Below are positions 38,118-50,875 of a stretch of 64,000 nucleotides of DNA, piece after piece. Each line of letters opens with the position of its first letter. Position 1 is the first letter of the stretch. Where the stretch lies: contig NC_086108.1 in NCBI RefSeq assembly GCF_963921235.1, positions 22,630,001-22,694,000 on the forward strand, written 5' to 3'. The notes beneath the pieces were generated by a model. It was given only the letters and a program-made list of their open reading frames with translations, ran no database searches and had not been told where the DNA came from. The stretch comes from Mobula hypostoma (lineage: Eukaryota). The position numbers were made by a program, and so were the translations under genes.

Positions 38118-38787
38118 GGGAACACTCACCAGTCCTCATTGAGGGATCAGTAGTGGAAAGCGAGAGCAATTTCAAGTTCCTGGGTGTCATCATCTCTGAG
38201 GATCTCTCCTGGGCCTAGCATATCAATACAGTTACAAAAAAGGCATGGCAATGGCTATATTTCTTTTGAAGTTTAGTATGTCATCAAAGACACTTGGAAA
38301 TTTCTACAGATGTACCATGGAGAGCATTCTAACTGGCTGCATCACCATCTGGTATGGGGGGGATGGGGGTGTATTTCACGGGATCAAAATAAGCTGCAGA
38401 AAGTTGTGAACTCCATCACGGCAGTAGCCTCCCCAGCATCCAGAACGTCTTCAAGAAGAGATGGAATCCATCATTAAGGACCTCCATCACTCAGGTCGTG
38501 CCCTCTTCTCATTGCTACTGTACGGGATGAGGTACAGGAGCCTGAAGGGGCACACTCAACAATTCAGGAATAGCTTCTCCCCCTCTACCATCAGAGTTTT
38601 GAATGGATGTTGAACCCATGAACACTAGCACACCACTACTTTTTCTCTTCTTGCGCTACTTATTTTAACTTTTAAATTGTGTGTATGTATTTTTACTGTT
38701 ATTTACAGTTTTTATTATTTTGTATTGCAATGTAATGTCGCACAACAAATTTCACGATGTCCCAGTGATATTAAACCTGATTCTGAG
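38118..38787 (+). mobile_element. Rex1/Babar LINE 3' fragment (older subfamily)
   Basis: Similar to 21110-21780; same ATTAAACCTGATTCTGA-type tail. Confidence 0.8.
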
Positions 38788-39034
38788 AGGTTTTAATGAG
38801 GATCTTCAAAGGAGAGGAGGGGTACCTTCAGGAAGTCTAGACAGCAGAAGACATGCAGGAGTAAGCAAGGGTGCATGAAGGATTATCCTAGGGAGAGGGA
38901 GGGGCCATGACAGAGTCTGAGGTTAAGGGTGAGAATTCCAAATTGGAGGTCAGCTAGTTTGGGAGCCAGTTAAGACAGGAGTCACACCATATCCTAAAAC
39001 TCTGAAAGACAGTGACAACAATGAGTCTGATATA

Positions 39035-39547
39035 CACTCAGTGGCTACTTTATTAGGTACACCTGTAGACCAGCTTATTAATGCAAATATTTAATCAGCT
39101 AATCATTCAGTAACTGAATGCATAAAAGCATGCAGACATGGTCAAGCGATTCAGTTGTACAGCCCAAACATCAGAATGGGGAAGAAATATGATCGAAGTG
39201 ACCTTGACCCTGTAAAGATTGGTAGTGCCAGATGGGGTGGTTTCAGTATCTAAGAAACTACTGATGTCCTGGGATTTTCATACATAATACTCTCTGGTGT
39301 GAAGAATGGTGAGATAAACAAAAAACATCCAGTGAATGGTTGTTCTGTGGACAGAAACACCTTGTTAATAAGAGAGTGGTCAGAGGAGAATGGCCAGACT
39401 AGTTTAAGCAACAGTAACTCAATTAACCATGTGTTACAACAGTAGTATGCAGAAGAGCATCTCTGAATGCACAACACATCAAACCTTGAAGTGGATGGGG
39501 TAAACTGGAAGGTACAAGAGGTATCTAATAAAGTGGCCTCTTGAGTG
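39035..39547 (+). mobile_element. Tc1 deletion derivative
   Basis: TA flanks; TIRs CACTCAGTGGCTACTTTATTAGGTAC / GTATCTAATAAAGTGGCCTCTTGAGTG; N-terminal transposase remnant MGKK...DVLGFS...SMQKSISECTTHQTLKWMG. Confidence 0.85.
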
Positions 39548-39933
39548 TATACAGTTAACTAATTTTGCCTCTGTTACTTGATTGGAAACTGTTCACAAGG
39601 AAATAAGCGAATAGTGCTGCCCTTCAAGTAGTAAACAATGGGAGCTTTTTTTGAAATTATAACAGTAATAGAACTTTGGTCTGTGGCCAATCCGGACATT
39701 GGAAGCTTGGAGAGGAGGGGACTTCAATCAGGTCCACTGTCTGACAATAAAAGGCAGTAGTGGTTTGCGGCAGTGTAATAGTGGCCTATTGGTATTGGAA
39801 TTGATTAGTAAGAGCAAACTAAAGGAAGGCAGGGACAGGTGCAACGGCCATCGTCTGAGTAGACATAGAGTGGTGATTTTGAGACTTCAGCAAAGAGACT
39901 TCGCAGAGAAAGAAAATAAAAGCTCAAGTTTTT

Positions 39934-40735
39934 AGAAACATAGAAAACCTACAACACAATACAGGCCCTTTGGCCCACAAAGTTGTGCCGAGCATGTCCC
40001 TACCTTAGAAATTATTAGGCTTACCCATTGCCCTCTATCTTTCTAAGCTCCATGTACCTATGCAAAAGTCTCTTAAAAGACCCTATCGTATCCAGCTCCA
40101 CCACCATTGCAGGCAGACCATTCCATGCACTCACCGCTCTCTGAATAAAAAAAACTTAACCCTGACATGTCCTCTGTACCTACTTCCCAGCACCTTTAAC
40201 CTTTGTCCTCTTGTGGCAACCATTTCAGCCCTGGGAAAAAGCCTCTGACTATCCACATGATCAATGCCTCTCATCATCTTATACGCCTATCAGGTCACCT
40301 CTCATTCTCCGTCGCTCCAAGCAGAAAAGGCTGAGTTCACTCAACCTATTCTCATAAGGCATGCTCCCCAATCCAGGCAACATCCTTGTAGATCTCCTTT
40401 GCACCCTTTCTATGGCTTCCACATTCTTCCTGTAGTGAGGTGACCAGAACTGAGCACAGTACTCCAAGTGGGGTCTGACTAGGGTCCTCTATAGCTGCAA
40501 CATTACCTCTTGGCTCCTAAATTCAATTCCACGATTGATGAAGGACAATACGCCGTATGCCTTCTTAACTGCAGAGTCAACCTGCGCAGCTGCTTTGAGC
40601 GTCCTGTGGACTCGGAGCCCAAGATCGCTCTGATCCTCCACACTGCCAAGAGTCTTGCCATTAATACTATATTCTGCCATTGTATTTGACTTACCAAAAT
40701 GAACCACTTCACACTTATCTGGGTTGAACTCCATG
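39934..40735 (-). mobile_element. CR1 3' fragment of another subfamily, nested antisense
   Basis: Minus-strand MEFNPDKCEVVHFG and EYCAQFWSPHYRK; tail TAGAAACATAGAAA on the + strand. Confidence 0.85.
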
Positions 40736-41823
40736 AACTCCATTTTTTTTCTTTCTCTTTATATCTGCTCAGCTAGGATAGTTGGAATGACAGACAGGAT
40801 GGTGAAATGCTCCTCTTGCGGGATGTGGAAAGGCAGGGAGACCTCTGGTGTCCCTGATGACTACAACTGTGAGAAGTGCATCCAGCTGCAGCTTCTAACA
40901 CCCCAAGTTAAGGAGTTGAAGCTGGAACTGGATGAACTCCGGGTCATTTGGGCGGCCAAGTGGGTAATAGATAGGACATATAAAGAGGTAGTTACACTGG
41001 AGGTGCAGGGCATAGGAAACTGGGTGACAGGTGACAGTCAGGAAGCGAAAAGGGGTTAAACAGCCAGTGTGGAGTACCCCTGTGGCCGTCCCCCCCTCAA
41101 CAACAGGTATATCACTTCGGATAGTGGGGGCGGGGGAGGGAATGACCTCACAGAGGAAAGTCTCTGGCACTGAGTCTGCCTCTGTGACTCAGAAAGGGAG
41201 GGGGAGGAGAGGGGTACTGTGGGGGTAGGGTATTTGATAGTTAACAGAACGGACAAGAGGTTCTGTGGGCGAGAATGAGATTCATGGATGGTACGTTGTC
41301 TCTTGCGTGCCAGGGTCTTGAATATCTCGGACTGAGTCCTCAGCATTCTTAAGTGGGAGGGTAAAAAGCCAGAAGTCATGGTCCATGTAGGTACCAATGA
41401 CATAAGTAGGATGAGTGATGAGGTTTTGCACTGGGAGTTCAGGGAGTTGGGTGCTAAGTTAAAGGACAGTACCTCCAGGGTTGTGATCTCAGGATTGTTA
41501 AATGTGCCATGTGCTGGTGAGGCCAGAACTGGGAAGATTATACAGTTTAGTACATAGCTAAGGAGTTGGCATAGGAGGGAGGGCATTAGATTTTTGGATC
41601 ATTGCACTCTCTTCCAGGGCAGGTGGGACCTCTACAGAAGGGATGCTTTGCACCTGAACTGAACTGAAGGGGGACAAATATCCTAGTGGAAAGGTATGTT
41701 AATACTCATGGTGGGGTTTAAACAAGACTTGCAGGGGGATGGAAATCAGTGTGGCAGTACAGTTAGTGGTGAGGTTGTGGAGGCAGATGTTGGTCAGACC
41801 TCAAACAAAGTTAGGAATCAAAA

Positions 41824-41993
41824 TCCAATCACAAACAAGAGAAAATCTGCAAATGCTGGAACTCCAAGCAACACACACAAATTACTGTAGGAACTCTGCA
41901 AGCCAGGTAGCATCTTTGGAAAAGGGTACCGTCGACATTTCGGGCTCAGACCCTTCAGCAGGACTGCTGAGTTCCTCCAGCATCTTTGTGTGT
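41824..41993 (-). mobile_element. Short PLE-terminal-derived insertion with degenerate hammerhead and inverted end
   Basis: TSD AGTTAGGAATCAAAA (41809-41823) / AGTCAGGAATCAAAA (41994-42008); minus strand AGTC-CTGCTGA-AGGG..CCC-GAAA-TGTC-GAC. Confidence 0.75.
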
Positions 41994-42653
41994 AGTCAGG
42001 AATCAAAAGGTTGAGCATGGTGCAAATAATGTCCTGAGCTGCTTATATTTAATTACAAGAAATATCATGGGAAAGGTAGATAATAGTGCTGAAGATGAGG
42101 CAGCTGGTTTACGAACAGGCAATGGGTAGTGAGGAAGAGCTGTTGATAAGGCAAAATTACACTCAATAGGATGAGTTGCACTGTAAAAGGTGGACAAAAT
42201 TGAAAAGGGTGAATACAGAACTGAAGTTGTATCTGAATGCGCGCAGTATACAGACTAAGGTAGATGAACTTGCAGCACAGTTGCAGATTGGCAGGTTTTA
42301 TGTTGTAGGCATCACTGAATCATGGCTGAAAGGTTATAGCTGGGAGCTTAACGTCCAAGGATACACATTGTATCAAAAGGTCAGATGGAGGCAGAGGGGG
42401 CGGTGTTGGTTAAAAAATGAAATCAAATCATTAGAAAGAAGTGACATGGTGTTGGAAGGTGTTCAATCATTGCGGATAGAGCTAAGGAACTGCAAGGGTA
42501 AAAAGACCCTGATGGAAGTTTTATACAGACCCCCCAAACAGTAGTAAGGATGTGGCCTACAAATTACAATGGGACATAGCAAATGCATGCCAAAAGGGCA
42601 ATGTTATGAGAGTCATGGGGGACTTCAATATGCCGATAGATTGGGAAAATCAG

Positions 42654-43178
42654 TTATAGTCATAGTCATAGTCATACTTTATTGATCCCGGGGGAAATTG
42701 GTTTTCGTTACAGTTGCTCCATAAATAATAAATAGTAATAGAACCATAAATAGTTGAATAGTAATATGTAAATTATGAAATAAGTCCAGGACCAGCCTAT
42801 TGGCTCAGGATGTCTGACCCTCCAAGGGCTTCCTATGACGCTCAGTTCTGCATCTCGGCGGAATGAGTCTCTGGCTGAATGTACTCCTGTGCCCACCCAG
42901 TACATCATGTAGTGGATGGGAGACATTGTCCAAGATGGCATGCAACTTAGACAGCATCCTCTTTTCAGACACTACCATCAGAGAGTCCAGTTTCATCCCC
43001 ACAACATCACTGGCCTTACGAATGCGTTTGTTGATTCTGTTGGTGTCTGCCACCCTCAGCCTGCTGCCCCAGCACACAACAGCAAACATGATAGCACTGG
43101 CCACCACAGACTCGTAGAACATCCTCAGCATCGTCTGGCAGATGTTAAAGGACCTCAGTCTCCTCAGGAAATAGAGAC
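42654..43178 (-). mobile_element. Rex1/Babar young-subfamily 3' fragment nested in CR1
   Basis: Highly similar to 23095-23663; (CATAGT)n tail; small internal deletion near 42828. Confidence 0.9.
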
Positions 43179-46079
43179 GTTTGGTGCTTGATTACAGGAC
43201 AGGACATTTCTAGAGTGCCTATGAGATGGCTTTTTAGAGCAGCTCATGATTGAGCCCACTAGGGGATTAGCTATTCTGGATTGGGTGTTGTCCAGTGAAC
43301 CAGATTTGATAAGAACCCTTGGGGACAAGTGATCATAATATGATTGAAATCACCCTGAAATTTGAGAAGGAGAAGCTATAAGTCAGATGAATCACTATTA
43401 CAGTGGAGTAAAGGGAATTGAGAGAGGAGTTGGCTAGAATTGATTGGAAAAGAACACAGACAGGGATGATGGAGGAGCAGCGATGGCTGGAATTTCTGGA
43501 AGCAATTTGGAAGGCATAGGATATATACATCCCAAAGAGGAAGGAGCATTCTAAAGAAGAGATGACACAACCATGGCTAGCAAGAAAAGTCAAAGCCAAC
43601 ATAAAAGCCAAAGAGAGGGCATATAATAAAATAAAAATTAGTGGTTAGTTAGAGGATTGGGAAGCTTTTAAAAACCAACAGAAAGCAAGTTTAAAAAAGT
43701 CATTAAGAAGGTAAAGATGGAATATGAAAGTAAGCTAGCCAATTATATGAAAGCAGATACTATAAGTTTCCTCAGATACATGAAGTGTAAAAGAGAGTCA
43801 AGAGTGGATATTGGACCTCTGGAAAACTATGCTGGAGAGTTTGTAATGGGGGAACAGCAAAATAGTGGATGAACTGAATTAAGTATTTTGCATCAGTCTT
43901 CAGTGTGGAAGCCACTAGCAGTATGGTTGAAGTTCCAGGTGTCAGGGGTCATGAAGTGTGCAAATTTATCAGAACTAGAGAGAAGCTTCTTGGGGAAACT
44001 GAAAGGTCTGAAGGTAGATAAGTCACCTGGACCAGATAGTCTACACCCCAGAGTTCTGAAAGAGGAGGCTAAAGAGATTGTGGAGACATTAGTAATGATC
44101 TTTTAAGAATCATCATCTGGAATGGTTCCAGAAGACTGGAAAATTGCAAACATCACTCCACTCTTCAAGAAGGGAGAGAGGCATAAGAAAGGAAACTATC
44201 GGCCAGTTAGTTTGACCTCAGTGGTTGGGAAGATGATGGAGTTGATTATTAAGGATGAGCTCTCAGGGTACTTGGGGCCATGATAAAATAGGCCATAGTC
44301 AATATGGTTTCCTCAAAGGAAGTGTATGGTCATGCACTTTGGTAGAAGAAATGAAATGATTGACCATTTTCTAAATGGAGAGAAAATACAAAAAACTGAG
44401 GTGCAAAGGGACTTGAGTTCTGCATGATTTCCTAAAGGTTAATTTGCAAGTTGAGTCTGTGGCGAGGAAGGCAAATGCAACATTAGTATTCATTTCAAGA
44501 GGACTAGAATATAAAAGCAAGGGTGTAATGGTGAAACTATATAATGCACTGGTGAGTCCTCATTAGAGTATTTTGAGCAGGTTTGGGCCCCTTATCTTAG
44601 AAAGGATGTGCTGAAACTGGAGAGGGTTCAAAGGAGATTCACAAAAATGATTTCAGGATTGAAAGGCTTGTTATATGAAGAGCATCTGATGGCTCTGGGC
44701 CTGTATTCACTAGAATTCAGAAGAATGGCCTCATTGAAACCTATTGAATGGTGAAAGACATTGATAGAGTGGATGTGGAGAGGATATTTCCTATGGTGGG
44801 AGAGTCTAAGAACAGAGAATACAGCCTCAAAATAGAGGGTTGTCCTTTTAGAACAGAGATGAGGAGGAAATTCTTTAGCCAGAGAGTGGCGAATCTGTGG
44901 AATTCTTTGCCACGGACACTTGTGGAGGCCAAGTCTTTATGTATGTTTAAGGCAGAGGTTGATAGATTCTTGGTTGGTCAAGGCATGAAGGGATATGTGG
45001 AGCAGGCAGGAGATTGGGGTGAGAGGAAAACTGGATCAGCCATGATGAAATGGTGGAGCAGAGTCAATGGGCCAAAATATATTGTGGTCTAATTAGAAAT
45101 GTTTTGGATTCATTTGAGCCATATTTTCTTAGGCTTGTGTATCTGACTGCACGAGAGCACAGCATAAATGCCCTTGGAGGATGAAGAGAAACAGACTGTC
45201 TCCCACTGAAGCATCACACTCTTTGTTGTAGCCACTAACTAATCTGTGTCCCTCTCTTATCAAGAACATCCTCAGTAATGACTTCATCCAGGCTTGCTTG
45301 GTAGAGTGACAGACAGCCTATTCATCTCCAAGAAACATTTAGTTCAATCCGTCAGTTAAAAGTTGTGCTCTTAAAACATTGTTTATGTGGAGTGGCTGCC
45401 AAGTCATGGAAGTTATATCAGAGATTTGAAATACCATGTTTGTTTGTAGTGGAATTATTATTCCAGGAACAGACTGCGAGGGATGGATCTTTGTCCACCT
45501 TGGGGTGTTTTGGGCTCGAGTAATCAGTATGGTTTGTCAAGTGTACCTCCATCATAGTTTTTCAGCTTTTCAAAGTGTTCCATTGTATGGATTGCAATGT
45601 TCACTCTGACTTGCATTGGTTTCCAATCTGGGAGATTCTCACCTTCTGAAGTCACGAGTTGTCTTCCCTTTCTCCGTTTCCACAAACTTGTCACCCTCAG
45701 AGGGTCCAGTTTGGTATATTGGTCAAGCTTAATTGGGCTTTACCACATTTGGAATGGGTGGTTTTGATGAAAAAGGCATGCCAATGAGGGGCTGGATAAG
45801 GAGTTTAGCAAGTGGCACTGAAGTATAAGAGACCCACTGACAATTTGGATTCATGGGCAGACAATAACTCTGAATCCTTCCTCTCTCTGCTTGTGGTTCC
45901 TCTCTCATTTTGGCACACATTATTGACAGACTGAACTCATTTATGTGAGTGTGCTGTTACTTGTATATCTGAGTAATTAGCTTCCCCTTGAAGAGCACAA
46001 TAGATCATCTGTGTATGAGATGAACATGGCATCTTCACTGAATTACATTCAAGATATGCTTTTTAAGTGGTGGAAATGA

Positions 46080-46955
46080 CAGGTTGAGTACCCCTTATCT
46101 GAAATGCTTGGGGCTGGAAATGTTTCCAATTTCAGATTTTGGAATATATAATGAGATAGATTGGGATTGCCATCGTATCTGACTGAATTTATGTGTTCCG
46201 GTAGGCAGTCCTAGTCTTAACACTTGTTCATCACATATGTGTATTTAACAGTGAAACTTATTACACACCATTAATAAAATGAAAATTTGTGTGCAGCATA
46301 ACAAAAGCAGCGTGGCAGTATTGGGAGACTACCCGAATCAGCTGTTGAACAACAAACAACGGCAGGCTTTCAGTCTCCAACTACAATGCTGTGTTTTGAT
46401 TAAAAGGTTACACTACATTGCATTTGTATTTTATCTAAGGCATAAAAACAATCAGCATTGTATACGTTCTGGTGTTAAGATTTTCATTAGCGACAATCTC
46501 GGCAGACTCAGTGAATTTCTCTGCTTCTTTGTGATGAGCAGATGCTTTAAAATTTAATGCCGTGCCTCTTAAATTTCTGCAACCAGTCTGCTGAATATTC
46601 ACAATTACCTTCAATTTTTCAGCTCATCATGATATATCTTTGCTTTCACGATCAGCATGTGGTTAAGTGGCATATGTTCACTCTGATGCTGACAAATCGA
46701 CTTTTTCAATAGATGATGGAGAAATTCATTTTTTGCTTTATGCAGTATTTTTCTATTTTTCCTCAGCTTATGTTCATTGCATATGTGAGGTCACTTCTCA
46801 GACCAGCCTGTGATGCGCAGAGATCTGTGGATAGCCTGGGAACCTTCCCAGTGCCTTGTGGAATTTTCCATTTGTGAGGCCATGTCAGTGCTCAAAAATT
46901 TTAGATATTGGAAGTTTTTGAATGTTAGGATTTTGGATGAGTGGTACTCAACTTG
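46080..46955 (-). mobile_element. Tigger4/Zombi-like DNA transposon deletion derivative
   Basis: TIRs CAGGTTGAGTACC / GGTACTCAACTTG with TA on the right; minus-strand SEHMPLNHMLI..AKIYHDELKIEGNCEYSADWLQKFK.HGIK (CENP-B HTH). Confidence 0.85.
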
Positions 46956-48084
46956 TACTACCATTGCCACAGTCCTGCCATCCTCTGAAATGAAAACATT
47001 TCACCATCAGTCTTTACCAGGGTTAGTACATCTTCTCTTTGTCCTTGTGGTAGTGTTGGAATCTGGTAATGTCAGGGCTCTGCATCAGAGGATGGTTCTC
47101 CATCTTGCTGGCTCTTTGCTGTATACCTCAATAACCTCTGCTGACTCCAGCTATCTTTATAGCCACCACAGCTATTTTTTTCCTCTCTCCCCCACCTCAC
47201 CAAGTTACTTGCCACTCAGTGTGCCCTTTCTGGCTCGTTGTCTTTTTTTAAATTGAAGCCCCCATTTTGGCTTCTTCCCTCTCCCTTTCCAGTGCTGAAG
47301 AAGGGTCTTGGCTCAGTTTACTCATTTCCATGGATGCTGCCTGACCTGCTGAGTTCCTCCAGCGTTCTGTGTGTGTTGCTCTGGATTACCAGCATCTGCA
47401 GAATCTCTTGTGTTTCCTTTCACTCGTCTGCCTTGTATTTTGTTGTTATTATTTTCTGTCATGATCTGTCTTCAAATTTATTCCCCATACCCTAGTCTTT
47501 TTTTTCCCGACACTCGTCACTTCATGTCTTTCTCCCACTTGCCTCTTTCCCATATTTTCTCCCTTTATTTGTTCATTTTTCTCACCCGTTGTTTCCTTCT
47601 CCTTCTGCACTTTGGTACTTGAATTTCCCTTTTCAGATTGCCCTGCGTCTCTATCTCTGATCTTCACACTGAATTAACATTATAATTATGTATTTCAATC
47701 CCTGAATAAATACTGTGGGCTCTAATGGGCTGTCGAAAGAAAAATACCCTCTGGTAAGTTCTGCACTTGAAATTGGCTTTAATACATTACACACTTTTAT
47801 AGGAATGATTAATCACAAACCTCTCATATTTCTGCAAAAGGCAAATCTGTGGGGAATTGAGGAGCTGGAGGGAATCGTTAACATTTACTGTTTGAAGTAA
47901 TGCAATTTCAGGGTAATAATGGATGATGTATGCCTCTTCCAAACCAGCTCCAATTTTACACTCAGGCTGCAGTTCGCTCCTAGTGACTTTGCCAAGTGGA
48001 AGAACAGTCCAACAAGACCTTAACTCCATTTCGGTCAGGTGATGTATTCAAATGGGGGTTCCACTTGGTCTTGTTCTAAAGATC

Positions 48085-49170
48085 CACAAAGATAATAGGT
48101 AAGGATGAATGAGTTATTTTCAAATTGGCAGACTGTACCAGAAAGTTCGATGAGGATTTGTGCTGGGTCTCAGCTATTTGTAAAATTTACCTATGACTTG
48201 GGTGAAAGAGTGGACTGCATTTGGATTTAGAGATGATACAAATATAAATGGGAAAGAACATCGTGAGGAGGACTCAAAGTGTCTATAAAGCTATGTAGGT
48301 TAGACATGGGAAGGACAGATGAAGCATAAAGAAGGGAAATCTGAGGTAATTTCCTTTGGTAAGAAGAATAGAAAATTGATGTATTATTTAAGTGGTGCTA
48401 TAACATTAAATGTTTGGTGTGCAGTAGGATCTGGTGCCTTCATCCAAGAAACACATTGTTAACTTGCAGGCACAGGAATAACTTAAAGGCAAATAGATTG
48501 TTTGTCATTGCAAAACATGAAAATTTTGGAAAACTCAGTGGGTCAGGCAACATCTGTGAAAAGCGAAACAGCTCATGTTTTGGATCTACATGTTTTCATC
48601 AGAATGTTTGCTATTATTGCACCAGGGACAGAGTACCAAAGGAAGGAAGTCTCACCCCAATGTTAAGTTTTAGTAAGACCATGTGTGGAGTAATCATGTA
48701 CTGTTTGGCTTTCCTTACACTTTTCTTGGAGGTGGAGGAACAAAGATTGTCTAGGTGGATTGCTGGAAAGAGTGCTATCATTGTCAGGAAAGACTAAGTA
48801 GAATGGGCCTGTGTTTTATGAAGTTCAGAAGAATGAAAGGTGATGTCTTTGAAAGTATAAGATTTTGAGGGGTTTGATGGGTAAATGATGTAATGAGAAT
48901 TTACCCCTATTGGGGTAAATTTTAGAACTGGTGGGGGGCATAGTCTCATTATAGCAACTCAACCACAATATGGAAATGAGAAAGAATTTGATCTCTCAAA
49001 TGATCAGAAATGCTTGAAATTCTCCACTCGAATCCTGCAGAGGCTGAATCCTAGAATATATTCATAGCTAGATAGTTTTAGAGAAAATATTAAGGGAATC
49101 AAATGATCAGGAGTTAGTATAGGACATGTCATAAATGTATGGCAGGGTAGTCATGAGACCAAATGTTTCA
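48085..49170 (+). mobile_element. Old, highly decayed CR1 3' region
   Basis: Recognisable CR1 RT and 3' remnants (FRRMKGDVFE.YKILRG), interrupted by a PLE-end fragment near 48520-48605. Confidence 0.55.
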
Positions 49171-49324
49171 TATATTCCTCTTGCACAATGGTAGTTTGGA
49201 GCACTCCAAAGTTTTGAATTGATCAGTCAGTTTTTGCTTTCAGCTGTGATGATTAACATGTCTGTGTAACAGCTTTGCCATGTTATTACCTTATTTTTAG
49301 GTAATAAAAATGGATGGGTTAAAA

Positions 49325-50482
49325 TACCATAAGACCATAAGGTATAGGAGCAGAGTTAGACCATTTGGCCCATCAAGTCTGCTCCACTATTTCATCATGG
49401 CTGGTCCATTTTCCCTCTCAGCCCCAGTCTCCTGTCCTTTTCCTGTATCCCTTCATACCCTGAACAATCAAGAATCTATTAACCTCTGCCTTCAATATAC
49501 ATAAAGACTTGGCTTCCACAGCCACCTGAGGCAAAGTATCCCACAGATTTGCCACTCCTTGCTAAAGAAATTCCTCCTCATCTCTGTTCTAAAATTGCAC
49601 CCCTCTATTCTGAGGCTGTCCTCTGGTCTTCGACACTCCCACCAAAGGAAGCACCCTCTCCACTTCCACTCTATCGAGGCCTTTCACCATTTGATAGGTT
49701 TCAATAAGGTTATTCCTCAGTCTTCCTCTAAATTCCAGTGAGTACAGGCCCAGAGCCATCAAACACTCTTCATATGAGACAAGCCATTCAATCCTGGAAT
49801 AAGTTTCCTGAACATGCTTCGAACCTTCTGCAGTTTCAGCATGTCCTTTCTAATCCAAGTACACAACATAGAGATCTGTCAGGCAAGATTGTCTGTTGAC
49901 GAAAATATGCTGACTCAGCCTATTATGTGCCTCCGAGTACCCAAGACCTCGTTCTTAGTAATCGACTCCAACATCTTCCAAACCACTGAGGTCAGACTAA
50001 TAGGCCTTTAGATTCCTTTCTTCTGCCTGCCTCCTTTCTTGAAGAGTGGAGAGACATTTGCCATTTTCCAGTCTTTCAGAACCATTCCAGAATCTAGTGA
50101 TTCTTGAAAGATCATTACTAATGTCTCCACAATCTCTTTAGCCACCTCTTTCAGAACTCTGGGGTGTACACCATTTGGTGCAGGTGACTTACCAACCTTC
50201 AAACCTCCAGTTTCCCAAGAAGCTTCTCTCTAGTTATGATAACTTTGCACACTTCATGCCCCCTGACATCTGAAACTTCCATCATACTATGAGTGCCTTC
50301 CACAGTGAAGACTGATGCAAAATACTTATTCCATTCATCTGCTATTTTTGTTGTCCCCCATTACTACCTCTCCAGCATCATTTCCCAGTGGTCCAATATC
50401 CACTCTAGCCTCTCTTTCATACTTTATGTATCTGAAGAAACTTTTGGTATCATCTTTAATATTATTGCCAAGCTTACTTCTC
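49325..50482 (-). mobile_element. CR1 fragment(s)
   Basis: (CCATAAGA)n tail at ~49327; minus-strand KSPAPNGVHPRVLKEVA and DDTKSFFRYIK. Confidence 0.85.
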
Positions 50483-50875
50483 CAATAAGATTGATAGAAT
50501 GGATAATTATTCCCATATGGCAAAGAGACTCAATAAGTTTTATCCCACAGAGTCAAAGGCCTGAGCAAAATCTGTTTTTTTAAAAAAAAACACTGCTCAG
50601 TTCTTGGTACTTCTTTTTGCCCCTATTAGCAGATCGTTCACTGCTGCAATATTTTGTACCAGATGAAGGAGGAGGTCAGAGAAGCTGATCTCTTGAGCTG
50701 GCTCATTTGCTGCGAGCTGAAGTCCTTCAAGGATATGCTCAAGCAATCTTAGAAGTGAAATGGAGACATCGGGGAAGAGTTTGGTCAATGCCATAGCTTT
50801 TAAGGAGTTTCCTAAAGGAGTGACATAATTGAGAAAAATGGATAGGTTTTGGGAGGGAATTCGAGGAACTGCAGA

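Larger units (their letters stand above)
39690..45095 (+). mobile_element. Near full-span CR1 LINE (5' UTR, ORF1 zinc finger plus esterase, ORF2 with internal deletion) hosting three nested insertions
   Basis: CSSCGMW..CEKC, VHVGTND and DALHLN (ORF1); LYLNARSI..VGITESWL and KSPGPDSLHPRVLKE (ORF2); CR1 3' end. Confidence 0.85.

Noticed and set aside
45100..46070. Unique intergenic stretches (also 52810-53500 and 63100-64000) as conserved enhancers or exons
   Set aside because: Nothing in the sequence alone supports a function; cross-species alignment would be needed
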